From Nemertoderma westbladi (taxonomy: Eukaryota; Animalia; Xenacoelomorpha): DNA of 64,000 nt. The position numbers and the translations under genes were made by a program. The stretch is taken from contig JAUCBJ010005089.1 of assembly GCA_032718475.1 (NCBI GenBank), positions 1 to 64,000 on the forward strand, given 5' to 3'. How positions within the stretch are numbered: position 1 is the first letter of the stretch; each line of letters opens with the position of its first letter. Shown here in pieces: positions 25,375 through 37,709 of the stretch. The notes beneath the pieces were generated by a model. That model made no database searches. It saw only the letters and a list, made by a program, of their open reading frames with translations, and was not told the origin of the DNA.

Positions 25375-27092
25375 TAATTTTATTAGTTGTGTTGAAAGAG
25401 CATCGAAATGAAAAGGTTTGCACGTAATACTGTACTTCTAGCCCAACTATTTTTTCGCGCACCTACCCTATTTGAGTAAATTACATTCACACACTCAAAA
25501 GTTATTGCAACTTTAGTCTCTGCAAGGCGAACTTCGAAACGGAACTCCATATCCAATATTGGTTTGTAGTTAAGCGGTTCCCTCGTTACGAAATAAATAT
25601 TCGAGAACAATAAATTATTTAACATTGAGTAAGGCAGCATTTAGGCAGAATTTAGGAACAAACAAGTACCTATTTAAGAATAAAATTACGTATACAGGGG
25701 AAAACTTATTTTGAATATTATCACTACCCTTTAGTAATGATGGGTCGAAAGTCCCCCCTAGCCCTTCACAAGGGAGGGTGGACGTAGGGACGGGGCCCAA
25801 CGCCAACATATCGTGATAGTTTGTCACATTGGAAGGGGAGGGGGGGGGGGGGGGGGGTGATGAAACGTGGCTGTTAGTGTTAAACGTGAATTAATTAATA
25901 TCATAAAGTAGTATTGAGCATTACGCACAACCATAATAGATTAGATAGAGAATTGGGAATGTGAAGGCCCTTGTTTTCACGTGACTGCCATGCCATATTA
26001 TGATGTAATGTATATCCGCCATCTCTGAACCTGGGAGAAACGAAATTGCGACAACTATGGAGAATCGGGAAGCCGGGAAGGATCTCATTTCCACTGTCCG
26101 AGTTCGCTCGACTTAGAAGTAGTAGTATATCCGCCATTGACGTACTGTTGTTATGTAAAAGGTAGACCTAATCACACCAGATACTAATTAAAATAATGTC
26201 TTAATAACTAATTATATTCATTCATACAATAAGCAATGTAGCCAATTAAGGCTGTGATTGACAAATTAACCGCACAATTAATTAATTGACAAAACAAAAA
26301 TCAAACAAGTAGAGATCATATCAAAACCTGTATAAATATAAATAAACGCAACGATATAACTAACACATGTACGTACACTATATTAACTGTAGAGGGGGAT
26401 ACTGTCCCTCCTGCGAAAAGCAAAATATATTTATCAGTATTTTAATTAATGTAACTTAAAGAAATTGAGCCTTATTCGAAGAAATTCAACATGGGCATTT
26501 TGGACCTATACCGCCACTGCTTGGCTCTTTGGAAGTGTATTTCGGTAAAGCTCTATTGTATGGAGACCAACCCAAAGCAACATTAGTATGTGAACACAGA
26601 ATTCCATTCCCCATTCATTTCAATGGTAGCCAACTTGTCTTTCTTGTATTGGGGGTAGACCACTGGTTAGCTTTCTGCTATTGTGTTATTCAAAGATAGC
26701 GGCAGGAATAAAGAGAAATACCGACCACACTAATGGGCTGTTCCTTCAGGTCAGCTTAAGTTACAGTGTGAATGTTCAAGGGCGCCGCCAGTGGCCAGTC
26801 CACTCTGTCGATATTGTGGCTTTATGAATGGAGTTCCTTTAGTAGTTTCAAACGCTTTCATTCTATCTGCGCGCATGGGAGTTGAGTTGGGGTTGCGGTT
26901 GAGTGTGGGTGGAGTGATTGACAGGTTGTTGGAAGTTGTCTGATTCTGTTTGAAACTGTCTGAATCTGTTTGAAACTGTCTGAATCTGTTTGAAGTTGTT
27001 GGACTGTTGGAGTTTGTCTGAAAGTGTTTGAAGCTGTTGGATCCGATCGGTTCAGATCGGATCCGATGGCACTCTGTTGGTGAGCTGGACTG
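25375..27092 (-). mobile_element. Partial inverted copy of the TA-type element at 29878-32207
   Basis: Reverse complement of about 29878-31500, ending in GAGCTGGACTG|TA. Confidence 0.9.
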
Positions 27093-28009
27093 TATTATTA
27101 TTATTCCACGAATCCTTGGGCTGATTATTTTATTTTGTATAGGATATATGATGTAGAATGTTCTTAAAAATATTATTCTTATTTTTTTATTACATAGGAT
27201 TAGCATCATTTTTTAGCTGAAGCATTAATAGTGTAATTTAATTTAATTATATTTTAATACCATTACTACATCGGCATACTGTAAGATAAGTTTAACATTT
27301 CTTACAAATAGTGGTGCAGCATAAATCAAATCACGCAAATTTAAAAGAACCAGGTGTGTTGTCATAGCAAAGTTTCATTTTTTATTATGTGGGACGAGCC
27401 ACAAAGTCAGCTAGCCCCACGCCTTACAGTTTAGACAATTGTTTAGCTTACTTACTGCTGACCGACAAGGTTTATTTATAATAGTCTTGTAAATAGGATT
27501 ATTCCTCCGGGCTCCTTCCAGCCAGCTTGCTGGCTTTCTAGTTTTAATATACTTCTAGTTGCATTTGATTTATGTCATATTTACAATTTCCTTTAGAGGC
27601 TGTGAGCGTGGGAAGTGATAGATTCATAATAAATTGTTTAGGAATATGTTTGTATTTGACATATAATAAACTAAATAAAGGAATAATACATTGCCGATAT
27701 CTTACATGTATAACTACTGACCACTGTACTGTAGTAAACTCTGTATTTTAATCTAATAGGCCTTCAATTATATTATATTGTATTACTATATCTTCTTTTT
27801 TTATTTATTATATTCTTACAATGGAAGATGATGAATAAGCACTTCTAATTTTTAATGATATCCAATGACTGGCAGCCAGAGGTAGAAGGCTCAAGTGAAA
27901 GTAGCAATGCAATGATACATTGGTGTTGGGGAATCATGACCGCCTCTGGACATTCTCCGAACTGTATAGAGGATGTAAAAGAATTGAGGGGAATTCTGAT
28001 GCTGGTGTT

Positions 28010-28630
28010 GGAGGGATTGTGGCGGGTGGTAGTGGAGCTGAAGGGATTGTGGCAAGTAATGGTCCAGGGGACAGGATTGTGGCGGGTAATGCTGGAGGTT
28101 ATGGTATTGTGTCTGGTTGTCGTTGTAGTGGAGTTGAAGTGATTGTGGTGGGTTATAATGGAGGTGAAGGGATTGTGGCGGGTGGTAGTGATGTGATTGT
28201 GGCAGGTGATAGTGATGGGATTGTGGCGGGTGGTAGTGATGGGATTGTGGCAGGTGGTAGTGATGGGATTGTGGCAGGTGGTAGAGATGGGATTGTGGCG
28301 GGTGGTAGTGAAGTGATGGGATTGTGACAGGTGGTAGTGATTTGATTGTGGCAGTATGTCATGATGGGTTTTTGGCGAGTGGTAGTGGGGGGATTGTGGC
28401 AGGTTGTAGTGGGGATTGTGGCAAGTGGTAGTGATGGGATTGTGGCGGGTGGTAGTGATGGGATTGTGGCAGGTTGTCATGATGGGTTTTTGGCAAGTGG
28501 TTGTGGAGGGATTGTGGCAGGTTGTAGTGGGGGGATTGTGGCAAGTGGTAGTGATGGGATTGTGGTGAGTGGTAGTGGTCGGATTGTGGCAGGTGGTGGT
28601 GGAGGTGATAGGATTGTGGCGAGTGGTAGT
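28010..28630 (+). repeat. 24-bp G-rich minisatellite (GGATTGTGGCAGGTGGTAGTGATG)
   Basis: About 20 degenerate tandem units. Confidence 0.9.
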
Positions 28631-28799
28631 GGGGGGAATATGGTTGATAGTAGTGGAGGTGGAAGAAAAATACGTCAGAAAACAACAGACCTTAAATATA
28701 TAGAAAAACCGAATTCATGTTCTAGCACTAATCATAAACGAAAAGGCACGTTAGTTGAGTAGGCAAATGAGTTAGATTAACTCACACTGGAACTGATTT

Positions 28800-29420
28800 G
28801 CTTTTTTTATCATACCTGGAAAATGAAAAAAAATATAAGCTACCGGTAACTGTCAAATCATCTACTAAGACAACAATTGATTCCAACACAGAACCCCGCT
28901 CAATTCTAAGTGCGATTAACATGTATGTTATTAATAACACTATGTTTGAGACGCAAGCAGATGCACTGAAGACTTTTATTTCAGTTGCATCTAGGTCAGA
29001 GAGAGAGAGCCCACCCTTCACACACGGGATACGCAAACACCCGAAGCAATGCCTTCAACAAGTGCTCAGGGGGACGACCAAGTTGAAGTTCTCCATATTA
29101 ATGTAAATTTACATAGCCCCCCAATAATCCTACACCAACCAACACCACCAGTTATAACTCCATCAAAAACGCCAGAATCGGCGTTGATTCAATCTCACAG
29201 CAATTTGCCGGGCACGTATATTCAATCCCTCAAATAGGTGCCATTTGTGTTGCCGGTTTTTCAACACAGTCGGTGATATGGCGGACATAGTTCTGGGGTG
29301 TGGGGATAATAATGGGACATGGCAGCAGTGGGTGCATACTATGTGTCTCGGATTTCCAACAGTAACCATGTATGACGCCAGAGAAATGAGGCCATGGTAT
29401 TGCTTAAGCCATAGGCAGAA
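28800..29420 (+). pseudogene. Decayed coding region ending in a PHD-like finger
   Basis: From 29239 it reads CHLC...GC...WVHTMCLG...WYCLSH. Confidence 0.5.
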
Positions 29421-29877
29421 ATATAAATCGCCAGTCCAGTCCCAGTACAGAGCGATCTACTTGAACACAATGCCAATGCAGTTGATGAGCAATCATCGTC
29501 TACATCTTCTAATTCGCTTCTTCTAATTCATCTTCTAATTAACATCACTAATTCGAGGTCGTGGCCGTGTTCGGTGCAATATAACTGAACATGATGCCGG
29601 TGCAGTTGATGGACAGTTGATGGTAATATGTACAGTATAAATAAATAAATTAATAAAATTAGTAAACTGCTCTCAAAAGGATATAGAGTAGCGAAATAGC
29701 TAAAACTGCAAAGGATCTACAGGGTCACTCTCTACAGTACAGCAGAGTACATACAGTGATACTGCGGTCCTACGAATTACCCCAAAATACCCCAAAACAC
29801 CCCAAAATACCCCAAAAGACCCCAAAATAGTATAAAACTACAACAATAAATACTATAAATAAATACTACTATAAATA

Positions 29878-32207
29878 CAGTCCAGCTCACCAACAGAGTG
29901 CCATCGGATCCGATCTGAACCGATCGGATCCAACAGCTTCAAACACTTTCAGACAAACTCCAACAGTCCAACAACTTCAAACAGATTCAGACAGTTTCAA
30001 ACAGGTTCAGACAGTTTCAAACAGAATCAGACAACTTCCAACAACCTGTCAATCACTCCACCCACACTCAACCGCAACCCCAACTCAACTCCCATCTTCT
30101 CGCGCGCAGATAGAATGAAAGCGTTTGAAACTACTAAAGGAACTCCATTCATAAAGCCACAATAACGACAGAGTGGACTGGCCACTACTGGCGGCGCCCT
30201 TGAACATTCACACTGTAACTTAAGCTGACCTGAAGGAACAGCCCATTAGTGAGGTCGGTATTTCTCTTTATTCCTGCCGCTATCTTTGAATAACACAATA
30301 GCAGAAAGCTAACCAGTGGTCTACCCCCAATACAAGAAAGACAAGTTGCCTACCATTGAAATGAATGGGGAATGGAATTCTGTGTTCACATACTAATGTT
30401 GCTTTGCGTTGGTCTAGAGCCATACAATAGAGCTTTACGGAAATACACTTCCAAAGAGCCAAGCAGTGGCGGTATAGGTCCAAAATGCCCATGTAGAATT
30501 TCTTCGAATAAGGCTCAATTTCTTTAAGTTACATTAATTAAAATTCTGATAAATTTTTGCTTTTCGCAGGAGGGACAGTATCCCCCTCTACAGTTAATAT
30601 AGTGTACGTACATGTGTTAGTTATATCGTTGCGTTTATTTATATTTATACAGGTTTGGATATGATCTCTACACTCTACTAGTTTGATTTTTGTTTTGTCA
30701 ATTAATTAATTGTGCGGTTAATTTGTCAATCACAGCCTTAATTGGCTACATTGCTTATTGTATGAATGAATATAATTAGTTATTAAGACATTATTTTAAT
30801 TAGTATCTGGTGTGATTAGGTCAAGGCGACCTAAATACATAGAGGTCGCCTTGGATTAGGTCTACCTTTTACATAACAACAGTACGTCAATGGCGGATAT
30901 ACTACTACTACCAAGTCGAGCGAACTCGGACAGTGGAAATGAGATCCTTCCAGGCTTCCCGATTCTCCATAGTTGTCGCAATTTAGTTTCTCCCAAGTTC
31001 AGAGATGGCGGATATACATTACATCATAATATGGCATGGCAGTCACGTGAAAACAAGGGCCTTCACATTCCCAATTCTCTATCTAATCTATTATGGTTGT
31101 GCGTAATGCTCAATACTACTTTATGATATTAATTCATTCACGTTTAACATTAACAGCCACGTTTCATCAACCCCCCCTCCTATGTATACGTAATTTTATT
31201 CTTAAATAGGTACTTGATTGTTCCTAAATTCTGCCTAAATGCTGCCTTACTCAATGTTAAATAATTTATTGTTCTCGAATATTTATTTCGTAACTAGGGA
31301 ACCGCTTAACTACAAACCAATATTGGATATGGAGTTCCGTTTCGAAGTTCGCCTTGCAGAGACTAAAGTTGCAATAACTTTTGAGTGTGTGAATGTAATT
31401 TACTCAAATAGGGTAGGTGCGCGAAAAAATAGTTGGGCTAGAAGTATTACGTGCAAACCTTTTCATTTCGATGCTCTTTCAACACAACTAATAAAATTAA
31501 CCTAAAATATTTTTTTCACTCATTGTAATTATATTTACTGTTTGCTTAATCTGTTTGTGTTTATATCTGTTTATGTGCAGTATTTAGTGCCCTACGTCAA
31601 ATAAACTAATATATTTATAGCATTATTTACATTTCTAATTAAATTAAGGAATTAAAAACGTGTTGGTAATATTATATTCATTTATCGGAATTTATATTAT
31701 AGGAATTTATTATTCGTTTATGCATTCTAGTTAATTAATTGATATAATTAACGACATAATTATGTAAATAAAAATTGTTAAATGAAACAAATCTTTGTTT
31801 CGGTTTATAATTGACAATAGCACACCCTCACAATCACTTCAAATTGAGAGTTAAAGTGATTGACATTTTGTTAATGAAATACGCTTTTGTAAGGCATTGG
31901 CAAATTCCAACAAATTCCGATGGCGTCAAACATCTTCAGACAACTTCAAACAGTTTCAGACAATTTCAAACAGCTTCAGACAACTTCAAACAACTTCAGA
32001 TAGCTTCCAACAACATCCAACATAAATCTCAAACACTTTCAGACGGATTTCAGACAGATTCAGATGGGCTCCAACAGACTAAACTTGTTGGAAATATTTT
32101 CTCCAACAGAATCAAACAGTACTAAATCTCCGTAGGTTAGCATTGTGCTTGTTTGAAGCTGTCGGAGTGTGTTGGATCCGATGGCACTCTGTTGGTGAGC
32201 GGGACTG
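29878..32207 (+). mobile_element. Complete non-autonomous TA-TSD element with CAGTCC ends
   Basis: 34-bp TIRs CAGTCCAGCTCACCAACAGAGTGCCATCGGATCC with one mismatch, TA on both flanks, and AAACAGTTTCAGAC subterminal repeats. Confidence 0.85.
30822..30853. mobile_element. 32-bp TIR remnant with 8-bp TSD (P-element-like excision footprint)
   Basis: GATTAGGT-CAAGGCGACCTAAATACATAGAGGTCGCCTTG-GATTAGGT. The paralogous site near 26165-26173 is empty, with a single GATTAGGT. Confidence 0.85.
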
Positions 32208-33075
32208 TATCGCGTATCCCTTGGTTTAATCACTATTCTTTATTCAGTATAACTGAATCCTGGCCTGCCGCCTTCACCCTCCACTCATTATTTAAAATCG
32301 TAACTCATTCAATCTTTGACTAAATTATACCAAACTTGGTAAACATGTAATCTTGTCTATCGGTTAAAATAAACACAACTTGCTAAAGTTTCCCCTATAA
32401 TGTTTTTTCCTATAGAACAGGATGCAGTTTTATTTCAGTAGTAAACAAGCTGTTATTTGCGTCGATTTTCACCTGGAGAGGGAAGAATATTGATTCCCCC
32501 CCCCCCCCCCCCCTACCTGCAGTTAAGTGAAAATATTTCGGCACCATTTAATTTTATTATCACGGTCGCACATCAAGTAGTCTGTCAAAAGATACAATTC
32601 ATTATAAACATAACAAAATTAATTATAATAATTCTAAAAATATAAGGCAGATTATCCTAAAGTTAGCTCTTTAGTCTTTAGAAATCATATACATTGACAA
32701 GACTTATAAAATAATTGATGTTGAATAATTATTATTAAGATTAAAATATATTATTTATTATTTATTTATTTATTTTATTTTATTTTATTATTTATTATCG
32801 GCAACTTGTAACTGGGCGATCATCTATCTGATAGTTGAAAAAGACTGTCTGACAGTTGGTATCAGACTATCTGATAGTTAGCGCCCCATGGGTAAATCCT
32901 TACCCCATGGGCCGTTACCTCTCTGACTGACAGCGCAACAGCCCCTATAGGTATTTTGGAGTATTTTGGGGTGTTTTGGGGTATTTTGGGGTAAATTCGT
33001 AGGACCCGTGATACTGTAGATAAAAATTGTAATTTCCTATCAAAACTTACAGACTGAATACCGAAACCGATAGTG

Positions 33076-33390
33076 CCCCAGTAAAAAATCCGCATATGTA
33101 ACGTATGGGATGGCGCATATTTCACGCATTCGTAATGCATTCTGAAATGTTACATAGATGAACCATGCGATACGAATGCGAAAACCGAACCAAATACGCA
33201 TCCTTTATTCGCATATCGTATGTAATACGAACCTTATTCGAATCCCGCACATTCTACGAATGCGCCCCTAATCTTATACGAATGTTTCCCGCATACTATA
33301 CGAATGCATCCCGCATGTTATATACGAATGTTTCCCACGCTATACGAATGCGTTATGAATGTTTTACGAGTGTTATACGAATGTTTACCC
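33076..33390 (+). repeat. ATACGAATG/CGCAT motif array after a CCCAGTAAA terminus (possible CMC/EnSpm-type end)
   Basis: About 8 ATACGAA(TG)-like motifs. The partner terminus was not found. Confidence 0.4.
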
Positions 33391-33699
33391 CAGGATTTTT
33401 ATTTTTTTTATTATTTCGCTACAGTTTACATAGTTTTAACAGTTTACAACTGTTAAAACGTGTCCATTTTATTTTATTTTTTTGAATATACTTGATATTC
33501 CGAATCGAATATGAAAGCCATTTTCAATTTCCCCAAAAAAATGTTCAGATATAATTCAAGAGCACGTAATTTCAGACGTAAATCGTTATAGTTCTGATTA
33601 TTTTAGTATCTAGAATATTAATTTCAAGCTTTTAATTAATCTTATTAATTATTATTGATGGTGTATTATTTTTTATGATATTTTATTATTATATTATAT

Positions 33700-34825
33700 T
33701 ATATTATTTTATTATAATAAAATTGCTATAAAACTAAATATAAAACTGCACCAGCATCCCACCACCAATCAGAACAATACAATTAAGACAATAAGGTTTA
33801 ACATACAATTAAAAATGGTGCACCGTGAATTAATAATGGTCTGCGAGGTCATTCCCCCGCAGACCCGCACCATCCCCAAAGCCCAGCGCCCTCCAGGGAC
33901 GCCGGCCACCACGCAAACAGAGGGAGTTGGAGCGGAGGAGCGCGAACTGAAGCCGCCTCCGAACTCCCCCGAGAACGCAGGCTAGGCCACGATCCCGCAT
34001 CCCCTGCCGCCGAGCCACAAGGGTCTCAGCGAGGTGGCTGATGAAGGTATCAGTCTCCTTGTACCACACCCCATCGGTGGTTCCGACAAGGGGGGTGAAG
34101 GAGAACCTTCTATCCTCGCACACCGCGCTATAGTGCACCTTCTTGGCTCGGACTCTCTGCTCGAGGACAGAGTCCAAGGACCGCTGAGCGTATGAGGGGG
34201 CGTTGGCGTTTACGATCGCAATATCGAAAGACGCCACCCTCTGCTCGGTCCAGACTCCCCTCGCCAGGAGATCAGCCCTAACTCCTCCCACCTCGCGGCC
34301 CCTTCTGTCCAGGTAGCCGGTGCACAGCGTGACTTCACGCTGCACACACGACCCACCAAAGGCAGAGGCGATAAGGTCCCCGAATACCTCCCGGACCTCA
34401 TCGTGCCGCTTTATAATCAGGCCACCCGACTTGCAGTTCAGGGCGTGGGTTGTCGTAAACGGCTCCCCACACCCCTCACACTTCGCCGGGCGGCGTGAGG
34501 CCGTACCTCAGCGCGAGGTTGTCGCGGAACACCTCCGGGGCCAGGTCGGTGTTATCGACCACGGAGGGCTGCGCCGACAGCCACCCACCCGTCTTATGGG
34601 ACACCGTACGGTCCACAGTACGGCGCCTTTCGGCCGGGACGGATTGGATGGCGGACTCCATCGCTGCCTTATAGGCGGCGTCCTGGGCGACGCGACTCGC
34701 AGCCAACGCGGAGGCGAGGCAGGCGGAGTGGTCAGCGACGTTAAGGGGACAACCAGTCATCAGTGCCTCGACCACCCCAGCAGTCCCAGATAGCGACGCC
34801 TCCCTCGCGTCCTGGATGCCGGTGT
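33700..34825 (-). mobile_element. 5'-truncated CRE-clade non-LTR retrotransposon (zinc knuckle plus restriction-like endonuclease)
   Basis: FRDNLALRYG, then after a frameshift CEGCG...HALNCKSGGLIIKRHDEVR, RADLLARGVW...FDIAI, KKVHY and FTPLV. GC-rich island. Confidence 0.8.
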
Positions 34826-36321
34826 ACGTATTCCTCTTTATCGATACGGGTTCTTTGCTCCCCTTCCTGTGAGGATTTCGCTGTAAGTAACGGTCCGTTG
34901 GGGTATGGAAATCCGCATGTAGCAACTTGTGATGTAGTCTGCCGCATTCCATGCATCCGTCCTTGCTGTTCGGGCACTGCCGCCATACATGGCCTGGCGC
35001 AAGACATGCCCAACAGGTGTCCAACATCCGCACTTGAACTCTTCTCTGTTCCGAATTTAATTCTTTGAACCGTCTGCAACTATCTAACTTATGATCGTCA
35101 GATCTTACCTCCTTTAGTAAACAGTATTGGCAACCTACAAATCCATCCGGCAACTCCTGTTGCTTTAACCTAGGTCTATCTAACCGCTCACCTGACCATA
35201 CTCGCGAGTCTGATCTAAAGGCTGGGGTACTCGAATTATATCTGTCTACTGAGTTAAATGTCACAGTGGTCCTGTCATCGTCAAAACTTACCATAGACTT
35301 ACCGGTAACAGGTTTAGACTCTCTCATATTCTCCTCTGAGAAGTTTGATTTCATCTCTGCTACTGCGTCTGTGGCTATCATGTCATGAATATGCTGAAGT
35401 GTCAACACCTTACCTTGGCCCTCCAACTTATTCTCTAATTTGCGCCATTTCTGTCTGTAACGCATGTTTAAACGTCTTATTATGCTTTTCAAAACTTCGG
35501 CGTGATCTCCATGATGAGGTAGATTCACCGTCCTCAAGATGTCCAATGCGTTCGAAATAGCGTTCGCTAAGTTCAACAGCTCTAACGGAGTTGTAATCCT
35601 TCCGCCCTTACCCAAGTCTTCTACTATCGACTGCGCCATCTTGGTTTTATTCCCGTAGATGTCACTAAGCGTCTTCATCGCTAACTCAAATGCCCTTTCA
35701 TTGCCGACGAAGTTATCAGCAATGGCTCTAGGTTCTCGATGGAGCATCTGAAGCAAATAGTTGAACTTCTCGTTGGGAGTAAAGGTGCTGTTGGTCAGCT
35801 GCTCGTCGACATAGGTTTTAAAGGTCCTCCAGTGCTTGTGGTTGCCCATAAACTTCTGGGGTTGTTGCGTCGGCAGTCCTTGCCTAGCAGCAAACTTACC
35901 TATGTACCTATACCCTTGCGTCGTTCCGGGTTAACAAATGGTTTAGTTCTGCAGGGTTGTTAAGTCTGGTCCTTTCCCGGTGGTTCAAACTTACCTGCTC
36001 CGCGTCCGTCCTTCTTTCCTTATAGTTTCGGGACTTCTGACGTCTCATGTCTTCCTCTTCATCGCTTGATTCAGTGTCAGTCCTTAGCACTCGCGATGGT
36101 TTGCGCGCCAGGCCCTGACCCAAGCCTCCTGTATAAATTTCTCGGCCGAATTTTCGAAATTGGGATTATGGATATTCGGGACATGCGTCATTACCTGAGG
36201 TCTATGTGGTATAGTCTCCTCCTATATGCGTACTCGTTGACTAGGCTGGACTTTATCTAACTCAGGCCTGCTAGGATTAGAATTACTTCTTACCTGGGCT
36301 GCTTCCTTTAACCGTAGGTTG
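34826..36321 (-). mobile_element. gag: BEL/Pao gag C-terminal part (degraded, pol absent)
   Basis: F.GN...W..F...EKFNYL capsid-like region and a triple zinc knuckle CQYC..H....C, CWAC...GH....C, CMEC...HHKLLH. Confidence 0.85.
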
Positions 36322-36326
36322 CTAAG

Positions 36327-36627
36327 TGTTAGATTATGTATTGTTAGGGCTCTAGTAGACCCTGGCTTGGTGGTGGTTAGATCCAACCTACTGGTCTTTT
36401 ACCTACCGGTCCTCTTCTGGTATTCCGGTATTCAGTCTTTCCTATCTTCTATGTCTGTAGGTACAGTAGCCGTTACCGGTACCTACTGTACTGCTGTACT
36501 GATGTGCTGTAAGGTGGTGGGTGTGTTCGTTGGTCTTTTGGTTCTTATTATTGTTTGATATGCTGTTCTGTATGTCGACCATTAATAAACTGATGCAGCT
36601 GGTATTCATTTATTTCCGATCCCAATA
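36327..36627 (+). repeat. 5' LTR
   Basis: TGTTAG...CCCAATA with an internal AATAAA, duplicated at 41545-41845. Confidence 0.95.
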
Positions 36628-37157
36628 TGGCGCAGTGATGTACTTGATGTTCCTACAACCCTATTCAAATGGTGGACATTCCAGCGCATTCAGCAGGTCA
36701 GATAATTCAATATTATTCTACCGGTCGCCTCTACTGATTCTGATCTAGGCCTAGCTACCTACCTATACTTCTGGTGGTGTACCTACTCCAGTACTCTTCT
36801 AAACTAAGCCCTTGGGACGGACAGTGGAGTGGCTCGCGGTTATCGTTGTCGTTGTGTAGCTACATCGTTGGCGAAAAACACAGCGACGACGGTACATCGG
36901 CGCTGAGGACCTTGCACTGTCCGGGGGCCGTGAGGGGTAGGCAGCGACGCCCGCTAGCCTAATTAGAAACTACCGGTACCTATTCACATTCAGCAGTCAG
37001 GCGGTATTCCAGTCTGCCAGTATTCGATAACTACAGATTTTGGCTGATTTGCATGCAAAAGTTTTGCACATTTTTGCAAAATTTTTTCTTTTCGGATTTT
37101 TCAAATTTTTTCGGATATTTAATTTCCTGAAATTTCTTTAATATTCAACAGTCAGAT

Positions 37158-37709
37158 ATGCCTACTAAAGCTGAACTCGAAACCGAACTGGAGGTTTTAA
37201 GAGAACAGTTGGCTGGTCGTGGTAATCCTGATCCCACCTCAGCTCTTCTACATGCTTTAGTTAAATCACAACGCGATTTGGCTGATTCCTTAGCACAATC
37301 CCAAGCCCAAAATGCCCATCAATTTCAACAATTACTTGGTCAACCACATCAACCTGTAGTTCATCAGGCTGACTCAACCCCTCGTAATCTTCAAATTAAA
37401 GCACCAATTGCTTTAGAACCGGATTTCAGTTTAGCAAAATTTGAAACTTGGAAGTCGGTTTGGGCGGATTATTATTCTGCATTTCAGATGGATAGAATGG
37501 CTAGGGATAGGCAAATCTGTATTTTCAGGAGTTACCTTTCTATAGGTATGCGCTCTACACTGGAACAAGTTATTGACATTCATCCTGACACACATGATAA
37601 TCCTTTAACAGTTCAGGTGTTAATAGATTGTATTCAAAGTTATTTTCGTGGTAAACGGAATATAGCCCTTGATTGTGTTCAGTTTGATAATAGGAAACAA
37701 CGTTTTTGA
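37158..37709 (+). CDS. gag: Gypsy Gag N-terminal part (frameshifted from the rest)
   Basis: 183-aa ORF after the leader, with W...W.DY...F.RKQ capsid-like motifs. Confidence 0.8.
   Translation: MPTKAELETELEVLREQLAGRGNPDPTSALLHALVKSQRDLADSLAQSQAQNAHQFQQLLGQPHQPVVHQADSTPRNLQIKAPIALEPDFSLAKFETWKSVWADYYSAFQMDRMARDRQICIFRSYLSIGMRSTLEQVIDIHPDTHDNPLTVQVLIDCIQSYFRGKRNIALDCVQFDNRKQRF

Larger units (their letters stand above)
29765..33007. mobile_element. Mutator-type non-autonomous element carrying nested insertions
   Basis: TIRs CGGTCCTACGAATTACCCCAAAATACCCCAAAA and TTTTGGGGTAAATTCGTAGGACCC. 9-bp TSD GTGATACTG at 29756-29764 and 33008-33016. Confidence 0.85.

Noticed and set aside
27845-28762. Mucin-, His- or Gly-rich ORFs on both strands
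   Set aside because: The 24-bp minisatellite is open in several frames, with no independent coding evidence.
25375-31500. Single giant foldback element with 1.7-kb TIRs
   Set aside because: The true element termini face inward (27092 and 29878) and the right copy continues to its own TIR at 32207, so these are two separate copies.
30890-31505. Duplicated small ORFs (MADILLL..., MLPYSML...)
   Set aside because: They are shared only because they lie in a repeated non-autonomous element, and they show no domain motifs.
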